Shown here piece by piece: positions 23,794 to 37,656 of a stretch of DNA of 54,646 bases (position 1 is its first letter; each line of letters opens with the position of its first letter). This DNA is from Octopus sinensis (lineage: Eukaryota). The notes beneath the pieces were generated by a model. It was not told where the DNA came from. It searched no databases and worked only from the letters and a program-made list of their open reading frames with translations. The stretch lies in assembly GCF_006345805.1 (NCBI RefSeq), contig NW_021833903.1, positions 1-54,646 of the forward strand, given 5' to 3'. A program made the position numbers and the translations under genes.

Positions 23794-24627
23794 TCATAGC
23801 AGCTCAAGATCAATGCCTACCAACAAGAAACTACCAAGCCAACATATTAAAGAACGGCAGTAGCCCAACATGTCGTGTATGTCAACAATAAAATGAAACC
23901 ATTGATCATGTTGTCTCCAAGTGCAGTCTTCTAGCGCCTACAGAGTATCTCAACCGGCATGATAGAGATGCACAATATATTCACTGGGTAATTTGCAAAA
24001 ACCTGGATTTGCCCCATGAAAAAAACTGGTGAGAACACAAACCACCTCCAGTGCTTGAAAATGACCACATCTCACTCCTCTGGAACTTCACCATTCAAAC
24101 TGACAGAAAGATAGATGCAAATAGGCCAGACATCATATTGAAAGACTTCAGACAAAGAACATGCCTCCTCATTGATATGACTGTCCCAATCGATATAAAC
24201 GTATCTGTCAAGACCTACCAAAAACTGAGCAAATATAAAGATCTTGAAATAGAAATCAGTAAAATGTGGAACCTGAAGACTAAAACAATACCTGTTGTCA
24301 TAGGTGCCCTGGGAATGATAGCGAAAGGGGCTGATTGCTACCTAACTCAGATACCAGGAAACCCCAAAATGGCAGATATTCAAAAGTTAGTGCTCATGGG
24401 AACTGCTCGTATCCTACGCAAAATACTTTCTATGTAATCTCAAGGTTTAAAACAAACAATTTTAATTTTTTTTTTAGACATTCACTAGTACAACACCAAA
24501 AAAAAACCCAAATATATGGCACACTAGGCATAACAACAACGTGAACTTCCAACCTGTTGTCTCTTGAGGTCTCTGGGTGAGACTTGGAGCCAACTTGTAC
24601 AAATATAAAGCAAAAGTCAAACATAGA
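23793..24627 (+). mobile_element. 5'-truncated Dong-like RLE retrotransposon in (AAT)n, family B
   Basis: IIAAQDQCLPTRNYQ..CRVCQQ*NETIDHVVSKC..RHD..ANRPDIILKD..IDMTVP..KLSKY..MGTARILRKILSM* (stop at 24437), then 3' UTR. (AAT)n lies on both sides. Confidence 0.95.
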
Positions 24628-24633
24628 ATAATG

Positions 24634-24694
<61 letters not shown>

Positions 24695-25049
24695 CGGTAT
24701 TGTAGTTTTTTGTACATGGTGTTTGGGGCCGGAGATGATCTGATGTTGAGGGATCGTAATGTATCAAGCATATTTACATGTGCTGTATTAAATGTGGAGA
24801 TGATATCGAGTTAAAATACATCATATCCTTTGGAAAATTATAATAAATTTCAATGAGTATTACTTACTCGGATATAGTCCAATCCTTTGTAAGCTATTTT
24901 TTGGTTCTATGCGATGTCTTTGTTTCCGATGTTTGTGGATAGATTTCGGAACACTGTTTTATCGCTCTCACATGTTAAACGTCCCCCCGGTGTTCTTTCT
25001 TAAACGTCCCCCGGTGTTCTCTACCTGAATAATACTAATAAATAATAGG

Positions 25050-25290
25050 AAGAAAAACAAAACAAAAATGTAATCCCTTGAAATTTGAAATAGGAAGAAT
25101 TTGGAGCATGCGAACAATAAAGGTCGTGCGTTGGGAAGAGTAAGCAAAGACATAGACAAATGGCCGAAGAAGATAGAAATAGACTGACCGGTAGAGGTCC
25201 TACAGAAATTTTCTCTCTTAAGGACTGCAAGGAATATCAGGATGGTTCTAAGCACTTGAAAGACTGTCGAAAACTTGTGGGTACCTAAGG
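25050..25290 (+). pseudogene. C-terminal fragment of a further RLE retrotransposon
   Basis: KFEIGRIWSMRTIKVV / ALGRVSKDIDKWPKKIEID*PVEVLQKFSLLRTARNIRMVLST*. Confidence 0.7.
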
Positions 25291-25294
25291 TTAC

Positions 25295-25500
25295 TTTAAT
25301 GATATGGGAGGTGAGTGAGATTGGGCGATAGTTGACTGCGAGGGATCTGTTTCCCTGTTTGAAAACCGGGATGAGAGACTGGGATAAGAGGTGTTTCGGT
25401 ATATAACCTGAGTCTAAAGAAGTTCTCCAGAGGTTGGTTAGAGGTACTGCAAGTTGGTGTCTACATTCCTTCAGGAAATAGCGGGGAATCTATCAGGGCC
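25295..25500 (-). pseudogene. CR1/L2-type LINE reverse-transcriptase N-terminal fragment
   Basis: GPDRFPA (frameshift) LKECRHQLAVPLTNLWRTSLDSGYIPKHLLSQSLIPVFKQGNRSLAVNYRPISLTSHIIKV. Confidence 0.85.
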
Positions 25501-25644
25501 ATTTCGTTGTTATGATGTCTGAAGTAGTAAAGGTTATATCCGAGATATTATATGTTGGAAATATCAGTGGAATCACTAAAGACTGAGCAGTATTGTTTCT
25601 GCAGTATTTCTGCCTTTTCTTTAGCCTTGTGTTGGAGAATGCCG

Positions 25645-25723
25645 TTATCATCGATCAATGGTTCAATATTTATCATCGAGCAATGGCATTATCATCGATC
25701 AATGCATTATCATTGATCAATGG
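25645..25723. repeat. Minisatellite, ~4 copies of ttatcatcgatcaatg(g/c)
   Basis: Read directly from the sequence. Confidence 0.85.
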
Positions 25724-26233
25724 CCCAATGTTTAGATGCGTATATTTATGTGTATGTCTATATATTATATATGTGTGTGTGTGGTGTGTGTGTGTATACA
25801 CGGAATTAGAAGATGAATGCTTTTGGCCGGTGTCTATGTTTAAGTTTCCCTCACCTTTATAAACAAATATTTATTTCATCTCCCCATTCATATGATACTC
25901 TCTTCTTCGCTGTAATTTACTATTCAAGCTCTATTTATTTACCCATTATTTCCCTAATTATATTCACATATTATCCATTACTCACTAAAACAACCTACAA
26001 CCCTCTAATCCGGGCATATACCAATATTAGTCAGAATATAATACTCAGTCTGCTGTGATGATTCTAAAATGTAACACATAAAACTCTACCCCTCTGAAGA
26101 GATTTTGCCTAATATAATGATTTTAATAATTGCTATTTAATCTTTTAAGCTTAACTGAAACAGATGCAAGAGACCGTGTTTGATTTTTGCAGATAATTTT
26201 TCATTAAATGATAAATATCCATTTTCTTACCTT

Positions 26234-26293
<60 letters not shown>

Positions 26294-26754
26294 GTGTGTG
26301 TGTGGTGGTGTGTGTGTGTGTGTGTGTGGTGTGTGTGTGTGTGTGTGTAGCAGAACAGACTCCAGATGCATTGGTCGAAAACGGCAAATTTTCTGTTATT
26401 TAGTAAAATTAACAAAAAGATTACAGTGAATATGTCGTGCGGAATGGAAAGCTTAACGTTTCGGACAATTCTTCTTCTTCAGGAAAAATTTGAGAATCGA
26501 GAAATTATTGAGAGACAACAATGGGTTTACTATCCCCTCTTTAATTCCTCTCCTGTCAGCCTTTCTGTGAAAAAGGACTCAATACAAAACTTTGATTTTA
26601 CACATTCACACTCACGTATTTCTCCCATTCTCTTTCTCACTCTCACTCCCTCTTTCTCCCACTCTCCCTCACTCTCTCTCCGTATGTATGTATATATATA
26701 TATATGTGTGTGTGTATGTATATGTGTGAGTGTGTGTATATGTATATGCATGTG

Positions 26755-26792
<38 letters not shown>

Positions 26793-26869
26793 TGCATATA
26801 CATATATATATATATATACAATATATATATGTATATATATATATATTATATATATATATATATATATTG

Positions 26870-27129
26870 TATTAAGGATCGTGGGTAAGGCCAGAACAAT
26901 GCGAGGTAAAAGCAAGGCAAATTACAAGAAGATAAATATACGAACTGATGTACACTTGACTTAATCCTAAAGAAATTAATGAATGTTGCAGGTTTGCGTG
27001 TGTGTGAAGGGTCATAACCCCGAAATATCGAATGCAAGGTAAATCTATATTAATTCATATATTTGTTTTCTTGTGATTTGCCTTGCTTTTACTTCGCATA
27101 GTTCTGGTCTTAACCCACGATCCTTTATA
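26870..27129. mobile_element. MITE-like element with ~70-bp imperfect TIRs
   Basis: aaggatcgtgggtaaggccagaacaatgcgaggtaaaagcaaggcaaattacaagaag (26874-26935) pairs with cttgtgatttgccttgcttttacttcgcatagttctggtcttaacccacgatcctt (ends 27125); TA-rich flanks. Confidence 0.8.
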
Positions 27130-27964
27130 TATTTATATATATAACTCCAATAAAGTTAGGGGGTTTGGGTCCAACCCACTAAGGGATAATATCTATCCAA
27201 TATACTGTTTGTATAATACCCAATTATTAATACACAAGTGTTTTTAATCGCATTGCAATTAACTTACCTATTGTATTAAATGGGTGAAGGTAAAGAGATA
27301 TCTTACCATTAATTTATATTGCAAATCAGAAAATGGAGAAGTTCAATAGTTCGTTCATCAAATTTAGGACATTAAAATGTTGACTTATTTATTTATCAAA
27401 ACGACTATATATATATTAAAAGAGAGAATCTTGTAATAAGATTTCCAAGGAAATAGAACGCCGTGTCTGTTATAAACTGTGTTGATGTACTAAATACAAT
27501 AGCAAGGAAATATTTCAACTGTTACCCTGTAAATTAAGTCATAAATTAACTGACGACAATTACACATTAAAGCAACATGTCAAAATATTGTTACACCATG
27601 TTTGATGATCTCTGTCATCGGACGATATAATCGTCTTGAGAGTGGAAGCGTGAAACACAGAACAAACGATTCGTGAAGATTCAGCTTCCAATAAATTATA
27701 TCACATTACTTAACTTTCAGTATTCAATCGTTTGCAGCTTTTTAACACTTAATTCTTTAAATCCCCTCTTCATCCCCCTACCCATCAGTCTCTTTCTCGC
27801 TTTCTCACATACTTATATACACGCATAAACACACACATATATACATACAAATATATGTGTCTGTATATATATATTATATATATATATATATATAATATAT
27901 ATATATATATTATATGTATGTATATATGTGTGTGTGTGCCTGCGTGTGTTAACGAATTAGTATA

Positions 27965-28026
<62 letters not shown>

Positions 28027-28899
28027 TACGTATATACATATGTTCATATGTATGTGTGTGCGTGCGCGCGAGTGTTAGTATGTATTATGTAAACACTTTA
28101 TTATTTAGAAGTTGTTTATTGTAATAAAACTCCATAGTCTACGTAAAGTGGTCTGTGTGAATGAAGGAATTTTCTCGTGTTCTATATCCCATTTCTTTTG
28201 TTATTATCAATTCTTATTTCGGTCTAGTCTTGGAGTTGTGTTACTTCCATCTGGTCTTCTTTACCCGCCCACTAGAACAAGGTAAACATTACTTTCCAAT
28301 AATCCAGATTCTAAAAATTAAAATAATAATAATAATAATGCATATAGAGATTCACAGATAAAGAAAGATAGTAACATATCTGTCTATAAATAACTTTAAA
28401 ATGCTAAAAAACTAAGCACACGCGTAAATTTAGGCATTCTCATAATACTTATAATATATACAGACATACATACAAATACTTGCATATATATATATATATC
28501 CGCATATACATATTGGGGTTATGATGCTTTGATTTTGGGGGAAAATAAACAATTTCCTGTATCAAAAGTCGATGAATAATTTTATATAAATAGGGAAAAT
28601 AATCTTTAATTAAAGGGTTTTAAAAAAAATATCACCCCCATCTGAAGAAATCTAACACCACTTTTTATCCAAATCAGGCAAATCTAGTGGAGGTTCATAA
28701 TGCCTACTTGGTGTGCTGAGTTAATGCAAAGCAGAAGCAGTATATCTGAAATTTCAGCTTTCCAGTTTAAGTAGTTTAAAAGTTATAGAGTTCTTAATTT
28801 GTTACCACTTAGGCCCTATTTTAGGAAATATCCCCTCCTTCTCCTTTTTATTTCTGTGACACTAAAAACTCTGACTATATTAACTGTTTTTCAGAATTG

Positions 28900-29900
28900 T
28901 AGGCATGTCCAATTAGAGTATCTAAACTAATGTCTCATAAGAAACAAAAATTCTGGACGAAGAATCTCGTGCAATTTCAAGACCTGTTCCCTTAGAAGAA
29001 CATTCTTTGGAAAACAACTGCAGGATACCAATGAAACTTCAAATCGTCGGTTGCTATCAGTTCCTTGGAGATACCATCAAAAAATTAAATTTCTCATATT
29101 TATTAATTCAAAATGTGCAGCAAAAGTAGAAAAAATGCCGAATACCTACGATAAATGTGTAAAACGAGGAAAATACGATTCATTGAAAGGAATTTTAACA
29201 TCACAAGGGCAAACGGTGAGTAGCTGTGCAGTTAGGATAGAAGGTTATATTATCTTCAAATTGGAAGCAAGGGACAGGTTGGGTGTGCAACTGGAAAGGC
29301 AGTCTGTTCCAAAACTATCCATCCATCTAAAACAAGAAAAGTGTCCTTAATGGCAACTTCAACCAGAGCAACGTCTGAAGCAGAGACTGAAAGTGAATAT
29401 CAAAAGTACGGAAAATCAGATGAAGAATCCATACAAACAAGGAGGAAGTATAGCAAAACTGGAGCTGCAAGTTAGTAATATCTTCCAAGCCATGAACCCA
29501 AAATGCAGTAATAGTTTGTCGACTATTATCTCAAGATGGAACCAATGTCGAGACTCCTTTGCAATTTGGTATTTACAGATCGACTTTCAAAGAAGTTGTT
29601 AAACTAAAAAAAAAACAAAATGGAGAAAACACTACATTTAGAAAACTGGTCATTGCATTTTGATGGTAAAGGTATTGATGACCAAGAATATCAAGTGCTA
29701 GTTTTAAAGAATGAACAGGAAGAAGTTAAGTTAGAAGTACTCCAATTACCAGACAGAAGAGCCGATACTGTTGTAAAAGGAATAACAGCTGTTTCAGATG
29801 AATACATTCATCCCAGATCTTCTAAGTAATTACGAGAAACTCCAGGCTCATTTCAACAATGGTGAAGAAAAGATTACTGAATCAGCAGCAGAGGTAAAAA
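28900..29900 (+). pseudogene. Degenerate DNA-transposon transposase, Sola2-like (tentative)
   Basis: TRRKYSKTGAA..., WSLHFDGKGIDDQEYQVLVLKNEQEEVKLEVLQLPDRRADTVVKGITAVSDEY, then NYEKLQAHFNNGEEKI after an apparent deletion. Confidence 0.45.
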
Positions 29901-30474
29901 TGTAAATGGAGCAGGGAAGTGATAACGTGAAAAAGACGATAAAAGCTGAGACACCTCTCGTTAGCCCTGGAGACCATCCATGAGTAAAATATTATAGCAT
30001 GTTAGAAGCCGAAACTTCGAAAGTCTGTGAGTTAAGCTGGCTTCGAATATTGTCTAAGTTATTGTGTCTCCAATAGCGTCACTCTCCCAGATATGAAAGC
30101 AGAACTGAATTTTATTTGAACTTTTACAGGAAAGGGGCTTTGGTTGCTTTTAGTCTGTCAATAGTAGAAAGCTGTCAAATATTCCGTGGAAAATAGACAT
30201 ATATTTTAAACTCTATGTAAGCTTTTGAAACAAGTGTCAATGCTGGTTCGTTGAAAAATTCTTTAAGTATAGGAATATAAAGTGTAGCAGATGTTGTTCC
30301 TGGGAGCCTTTTATCACGCCTGTTGTCTTTTATCAGCCAAATAAAGGATTATGGGATACAGATTTGAAACGACCGAGAGATTTCGCATTATTTATACTAT
30401 TTTCAGCGATAGGCATCAATATATGGATGAAAGTGCTAGCATCTGTAGCAAATCTATTTTATTTAAGCTAGACC

Positions 30475-30629
30475 CACCGTGGTTATGTGGCAAGAGGTTT
30501 ATTTTCCAGCCACATGGTTACCGGTTCAGTCCCACTGCATGATAACTTGGGCAGGTATCTACTATAGCCTCGGGCCGACCAAAGCCTTGTGAGTAGATTT
30601 GGTAGACGAAAACTGAAAGAAGCTCGTCG

Positions 30630-30660
<31 letters not shown>

Positions 30661-30960
30661 ACATATATATATGTGTGTGTGTTCTATGTATGTGCGTGTG
30701 TGCGTGTGTACGTGTGAGTGTGTGTATGTGTATACGTGTGTCTGTGTCTTTGTGTTTGTTTCCCCCACCACTTGACAACCGATGTTGGCGTGTTTACGTC
30801 TCTGTAACTCAGTGGTTTGGCAAAAGAGATCGATAGAATAAGCACGAGGCTTGAAAAGGAAGCATAAGCACTGCGGCCGATTCGTTCGACTAAAATTCTT
30901 CAAAGCGATGCCCCAGCATGGCCGCGGCCAAACGACTAAATCAAGCAAGAGCTAAACGAT
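30475..30960 (+). mobile_element. SINE, long family, near full length with internal (TG)n
   Basis: ccggttcagtcccactgc B-box region, ggtagacgaaaactgaaagaagctcgtcg, ccagcatggccgc tail. Confidence 0.9.
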
Positions 30961-30989
30961 AATCTTTTCTTTAAATCCAAGAATCTTTC

Positions 30990-31330
30990 ATTTTCTAATC
31001 TTTGACTTGTTTCATTCATTGGACTGCGGCCATACTGGGGCACCGCTTTGTAGGGTTTAATCGAATATCTCGAGCCCTGTACTTAATTTGTTCTGAAGTT
31101 TGTACTTATTCTATCGGTCCCTTTTGCTAAAACTATAAGTTGACATACACAAGCACAACGTTACATATGTATATATACGACGGGCTTCCACACAATTTCC
31201 GTCCACTAAATTTTTTCCAAAGGCATTGGTCGGCCCCGGTTGAAGATGTTTGCCGAAGCTGCGGCACAGGTCGGCTCAACACGAAACCACGTGATTGTAA
31301 AGCGAGCTTCTTAACCACAAACCCATGCCA
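30990..31330 (-). mobile_element. SINE, long family, diverged
   Basis: ttgacttgtttcattcattggactgcggccatactgggg...acgacgggcttccacacaatttccgtc. Confidence 0.8.
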
Positions 31331-31467
31331 AACTAATTCTTAGAATTACGATTCCTGGAACAAAAATCAATGGTGAATGAGTTTTGATGATGTTGTGGCT
31401 GTAATTCCACTGCTGTTGTTTATAATTTCGTTTTATTTTTTTTGTCACATTCAGGAAAAAAATAATG

Positions 31468-31840
31468 ATTTCAAAATTTGGCATAAGGCCAGCAATTTCG
31501 TGTTTAAGTCGTACTTATTTTATAGGCCACAAAAAGATGAAAGGCAGAGTGAAACCTGGCGGAATTTGAACTCAAAACGTAAAGTCGGAAGTGAGGCCAC
31601 TGAGCGTATTTTCCGGCTTTATAGTGATTTCAAATTTTTGCACAAGGCCAGCAATTTTGGGAGTGAGCTAAGTGGATTACATCGAACCCCGTACTCAACT
31701 AGTCCTTATTTTATCGACCCTGACAGGAAGAAAGGCAAAGACGCTCTCGGCGGTATTTAAATTCAGAACGCAAAGAAGGACGTAATGCCGCTAAATGGTT
31801 TGCCTGAAGTGCTAACGATTCTGACAGCTCGCTACCTTTC
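31468..31840 (-). mobile_element. Two adjacent short-family SINEs
   Basis: Two tttcaaa.ttt.gca.aaggccagcaattt tails (near 31468 and 31628), each followed by a gaaaggca..g...ggcgg.attt.aa.tca core. Confidence 0.8.
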
Positions 31841-32177
31841 CCAGGAATAAAATATTGCAGAGAATGCGAAGTACTTTCACATGTTTCGCACGAATGATGT
31901 TAGGATGCTCAGCAAAAGTAGAGAAACCGATTCTCTGCTACATTAGATTCTACAAAAACAAACCAATTCAAGAAACAAGCAAACAAACTTATTCATAGGA
32001 ATGGCAGAATTAAGAGATAAAATAAAAAAGAGTTTAATACCTTTTTCTACGTCGGCAGTTGACGGCGCCATATTTTCTTGTATATCGTACTCACATAACC
32101 ATCAATCCATTTTGACATACATGCATACATACATACACATATATGTATTATGTATTAGCACATTATATATGTATGTA

Positions 32178-32275
<98 letters not shown>

Positions 32276-32839
32276 TATATATATATATACATATATATAC
32301 AGACATATGTATATATCAAGAGATATACATACACACACACGCGCGCATAAATATTTATTTATTTATACAAACATACATATATATATGCAGAGGTGTGTGT
32401 GAGTGTGTGTTTACCTGTTATTAGGTATTACAATAATGTTGACTACAGAAGTGTGTGAAAGAGGCAGACACAAAAGAAAACAAGACGAAAAGAAAAGCGA
32501 AAAGGAAAAGCGAAACTCGCTGCCATTCGCTTTTAGCTCGGTTCGTCTGTTGATGCTCTTGTACTTAATATCCATTGAATAGATAAGGAACAAACTATTT
32601 AGTTAACGTTTTATTTGCTCATAAAAGTTAATGAGAACCCTAAAATATATACATATCAGTGTCAGTTGATATACTTCAAGAGATCTCATTAACTTATGCT
32701 GGAGTAATCTCGTAGATGATCCGTCAGGCTCTACACAAACGTCGCTATCGAAGGAGTTTCGAAAACGTCTCGGCCAAAGAAGAAGAACCACCAAAAACAA
32801 ACAACAGCAGCATTCCATAATTATGAGTAGACATATAAG

Positions 32840-32884
<45 letters not shown>

Positions 32885-33015
32885 GTATGTATGTACGTAA
32901 ATATATATACAAATAAATGTATATAAATATGTATATGTATATATTCAAGCACATACACATATGCATACAGACAGCGACACGTATGCAGATGTAGTTTTTT
33001 TCAGTTTCAATAAAA

Positions 33016-33353
<338 letters not shown>

Positions 33354-33611
33354 GTCTTTGCAATAAAGAGGGTGCCTTTGAGGATGTGTGAATGATTGTG
33401 TGTGTCTGTGCGTGTGTGTGTGTGTGTGTGTCTGTGTCTGTGCTTGTGTGTCTGCGCGTGCACGGGTGCATATAAGCATATTTAGGAAAGCAGAGGCCAA
33501 TATCAGACAAACAGACTGACATAGGGAAATCAGTCTCTGTCCTGGGGATTACCCGCTATCAAAATATAATAAATATACGCTTAAACATATTTATATGCTC
33601 ATACATATATA

Positions 33612-33955
33612 GGGTAAAGGGGTAAAGACCCCCTTCAGTCATGAATGACCATGGGATTGCACCTAGGAAGTTACCCTCCGAAACACAAGTCCGGGCAAGG
33701 TTGTTTATGGAAGACCAGCAGTCGCTCATGCATACCAGCCTCCCCTCTTCACGCCACCAGTGTTATCCAAGGGAAAGACAAAGGTCGATACAGCTTGGCA
33801 CCAGTGACGTCGCAACTCATTTCTACAGCTGAGTGAACTGGAGCAACGTGAAATAAAGTGCCTTGCTCAAGAACACAATACGCAGCCCGGTCCGGGATTC
33901 GAGCTCACAACCTCACGATCGTAAGCTCGATGCTCTAACCACTGAGCCATGCGCC
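33612..33955 (-). mobile_element. Full-length tRNA-derived SINE (third family)
   Basis: Minus head ggcgcaTGGCTCAGTGGttagagc (A box), gagctcgaatcc (B box), and core gtgttcttgagcaaggcactttatttcacgttgctccag. Confidence 0.9.
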
Positions 33956-34769
33956 TATATATATATATATATATATATGCATGTATGTATGTATGTATGT
34001 ATGTATGTATGTATGTATGTATGTATGTATGTATGTATGTATTTATAAACATTATCGATGTCGCATGCTTACTGTTTGTGTTTTGCTTATGAGCTCATTA
34101 GCTGCGGGACAGCGTCAAAGAAGAGGATCCTTTGATGATGTCGAATGTTAAAAAACACAAACCGAGCGAGAAACCTCTCCGCGTAGATGATCGATATGCA
34201 ACAGCGCGTCGCTATCCTGCGGCTAATGAGCGCAGGAGCACTAAGTATGGGATATGGATAGCATATACATTATTAGAGCTGTATATGTTTCAAAATTTTA
34301 ATTTTGTCTTATGTGTGTGGCACTGTTTATCCATCAGTGAATATACTCTGCGTTATTTGCTTCTCGTTTCGACGCGACCCGAGTGCACAATGCTGACGAA
34401 CTGCAAAGACGGCGAAATATCGATATCGTCCTCGATTACCTAACGAGCTCCATGTCTCGTCTGCTTTGTTTTTTTAACAGTCGGCGTCTTAAAGAGACTT
34501 TCTCTCTTACACTATCCCGCAGCTAATGAAGGCAGAGATAAAACACATCAATCCAATATGTGACATCGGTAACGTATATACTGCTAGAGCTGCTTATATT
34601 TCAATATATACATACAGCCATAAATACATATATAGATATATTAATCAAATACCCAACGAAGACTATGAGTGCGAACGTGTTTTACCGGTAAGCTACCAGG
34701 TGTATACCACACCATTTATTATCTAATATATATACATACAAACATATATATATATATATATATATTATA

Positions 34770-34802
<33 letters not shown>

Positions 34803-34814
34803 TATATATACAAC

Positions 34815-34950
34815 CACTAGCTTCTTTCAGTTTCAGCCTACTAAATTCACTCACAAGGCCTTGATCGGCTCGAGATTGTAGTAGAAGACCCAAGTCACGC
34901 AACTACGTGGCTGGAAAATAAGTTACTTACCACACAGCCGCGCCTACGCC
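34815..34950 (-). mobile_element. SINE 5' fragment (long family)
   Basis: gcttctttcagtttcagcctac..cactcacaagg...ttacttaccacacagcc. Confidence 0.75.
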
Positions 34951-34975
34951 TGTATAATATATATTATATATATAT

Positions 34976-35030
<55 letters not shown>

Positions 35031-35031
<1 letters not shown>

Positions 35032-35955
35032 AGAAAAAAGTTTGAAAATGCAATTTAAATGATGTTTATTTACTTAACCGGTTTCACTCTTTGGTAAAAG
35101 ATTGTCAAAAGTAACATTTAAGGAAACATTGAATAATATGGGTTCAAAAAAAGTTTTTTACATAATTGTCACATTGAATATTATGCATTCAAAAAAGTTT
35201 TTTACATAATTGTCACATTGGATATTATGAATTCAAAAATGTTTTTTTATACATTTGTTGTTGTGTGTGTGTGTGTGTATATATATATGTGTGTGACAAA
35301 CAGACGCTATCTGACCAGCAGGCACGGACACATCTATTCACACCCGCATACTAACCTCCTGATAACCCCAAAATCATTCATGCATAAAGGGGAAGTATAC
35401 ACCACATTGGCTACTTCTTCTTTTCTCTCAGTTCAGCCTTTCTGCTAATACCGACAGGTCAGTAAAAACATATTCTCGCCTTGAACTTAAAATATTCTGA
35501 GATGTATAAAATATCCATTTTAATTTTTGCTGTCAAAAGGCTGTATATATATACCAAAGACTGTATATATATACATGTAATGTGACAATTTGCGACAACC
35601 AATAATTAACGCAACCAATTCCCCATAATATATTTGTTTTATCCTTTTCTGCCAAATTTTCCCAAATATTCTCATCACACTATTGAACTTCTCTGTTACC
35701 AAACACTATATTTATACATGTAATGTGACAATTATGTATAAAAAAACATTTTTGAATTCATAATATCCAATGTGACAATTATGTAAAAAACTTTTTTGAA
35801 TGCATAATATTCAATGTGACATTATGTAAAAAACTTTTTTGAACCCATATTATTCAATGTTCCTTAAATGTTACTTTTGACAATCTTTTACCAAAGAGTG
35901 AAACCGGTTAAGTAAATAAACATCGTTTAAATTGCATTTTCAAACCTTTTTTCTT
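35031..35955. mobile_element. Non-autonomous foldback/MITE with ~222-bp TIRs containing 44-45-bp subrepeats
   Basis: 35031-35254 is approximately the reverse complement of 35734-35955. Subrepeats start at 35127, 35172 and 35216. TA flanks. Confidence 0.9.
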
Positions 35956-36416
35956 ATATAATCCCACTCGTGCGATACCCCACAACTCAACTTTTTATAT
36001 ATATATATATATATATATACAAACATATACATATATACATATACTACTTTCTTTGTTAATTAAATTAAAGACATACCAGCGAAAACGACTAGTTTCTCCT
36101 TGGTACTTACATCCATTTTCTTCTCGTATATACATATATACATACACGCTTGAAATAGCAGTCAAAACTTGACTCTAAGACTACATTAAATTCAATGTGG
36201 TTTTAGAGTCACGTTTTGACTGCTATTTCCAGCGCGGTGGTATCTCTTAGATACCCTAAATTATAATTTTAAATAATCAATACCTTTGAAGGTGTTTATT
36301 CCCTTGTTGGCCACCAGATAAGATCGGTATTTAAATGACGAGCTTATCCTTATTTATACAAACAATATAATATATATATATATATATTATATATATATAT
36401 ATATATATACAACATG

Positions 36417-36469
<53 letters not shown>

Positions 36470-36489
36470 TCCGTGAAGCTGCAATGCTT

Positions 36490-36770
36490 GATGCTAAGGA
36501 TAATCGGGCCACGATCGTAAGGCCATGAGTTCGATTCCCAGTGGCGTGTTGTGTCCTTAAGCAAGTTACTTCATTTCTTGTTGCCCCAGTTCACTCGGCT
36601 GGCAAAAATGGAGTGCATATGTAATTCAAGATGGCCGCCCTTGCATTGATCTGTGTGACGCTGAATCTCAGTGAGAGCTAAATTTTTGAGCGTTAATTTC
36701 ATGAACAGGCTGTTCCGTTGACCGAATTAACTGGAACCCACTTCGGCATAACCGACAGAGAGTCAGTTAT
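36490..36770 (+). mobile_element. Degenerate SINE (third family)
   Basis: gagttcgattcc B box, then gtgtccttaagcaagttacttcatttc...ccagttcactc.gctgg core. Confidence 0.75.
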
Positions 36771-36832
36771 AATACTCCTCTGGCTGTATGTCTGTCTATC
36801 TATCCACACGATTACACATATACATGCATCTA

Positions 36833-36913
<81 letters not shown>

Positions 36914-36932
36914 CACGCACACACTCACAGGC

Positions 36933-37049
<117 letters not shown>

Positions 37050-37540
37050 GGGGTTTAATAGGACATCAGATACTCCCTTTCATCGCCAGTCACGCCTTGA
37101 TATTCTTTGACTTACCCTACATCTTGATTATGGTTCATCAGAGGCATAAATACACCCTTTAATAAGTATACATAAGCGTAGATCAGCAGATAATCTTCAA
37201 CTGATCTGTCATCAATTTCGAAATGTGTTGAAGTCTGAACGCATATTATTCTCGTATTTCGGCGGACTAAATTGATAGGGAGACGATATGTTGAGGTGAG
37301 AAATTACGGGTTTGTATATTAATGGCAGTCTCTTGTGTCCAGAGCTACGATGGTAAGGTTTCAATTAAAACTAATCACGCACCGCTGGGAGACACGCTTT
37401 GCTGGTTTGTTGGAAGGATCTAAGACACGATGGAATCTACGACTCTTTCGTTCACTCTCAGTCAGTGTTTGGTTTCAGCTTCGAATTGGTCTCGAGTGTC
37501 GAACACAATGGCGAGCGAACTTGATGGATTTGTCTGAGAT

Positions 37541-37656
<116 letters not shown>

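Noticed and set aside
25645-25723. Short repeats with one spacer, superficially CRISPR-like
   Set aside because: Units are mostly adjacent with no unique spacers, and the context is eukaryotic; a plain minisatellite.
33880-33955. tRNA-like A/B boxes (also in other SINE heads)
   Set aside because: No complete cloverleaf or acceptor stem, and they continue into SINE bodies; annotated as SINEs rather than tRNA genes.
37050-37540. Unique sequence between (AGAT)n and (TTA)n, checked as a minus-strand Dong-like insertion
   Set aside because: No RT, knuckle or RLE motif in the frames I translated, and no match to the UTRs of families A or B.
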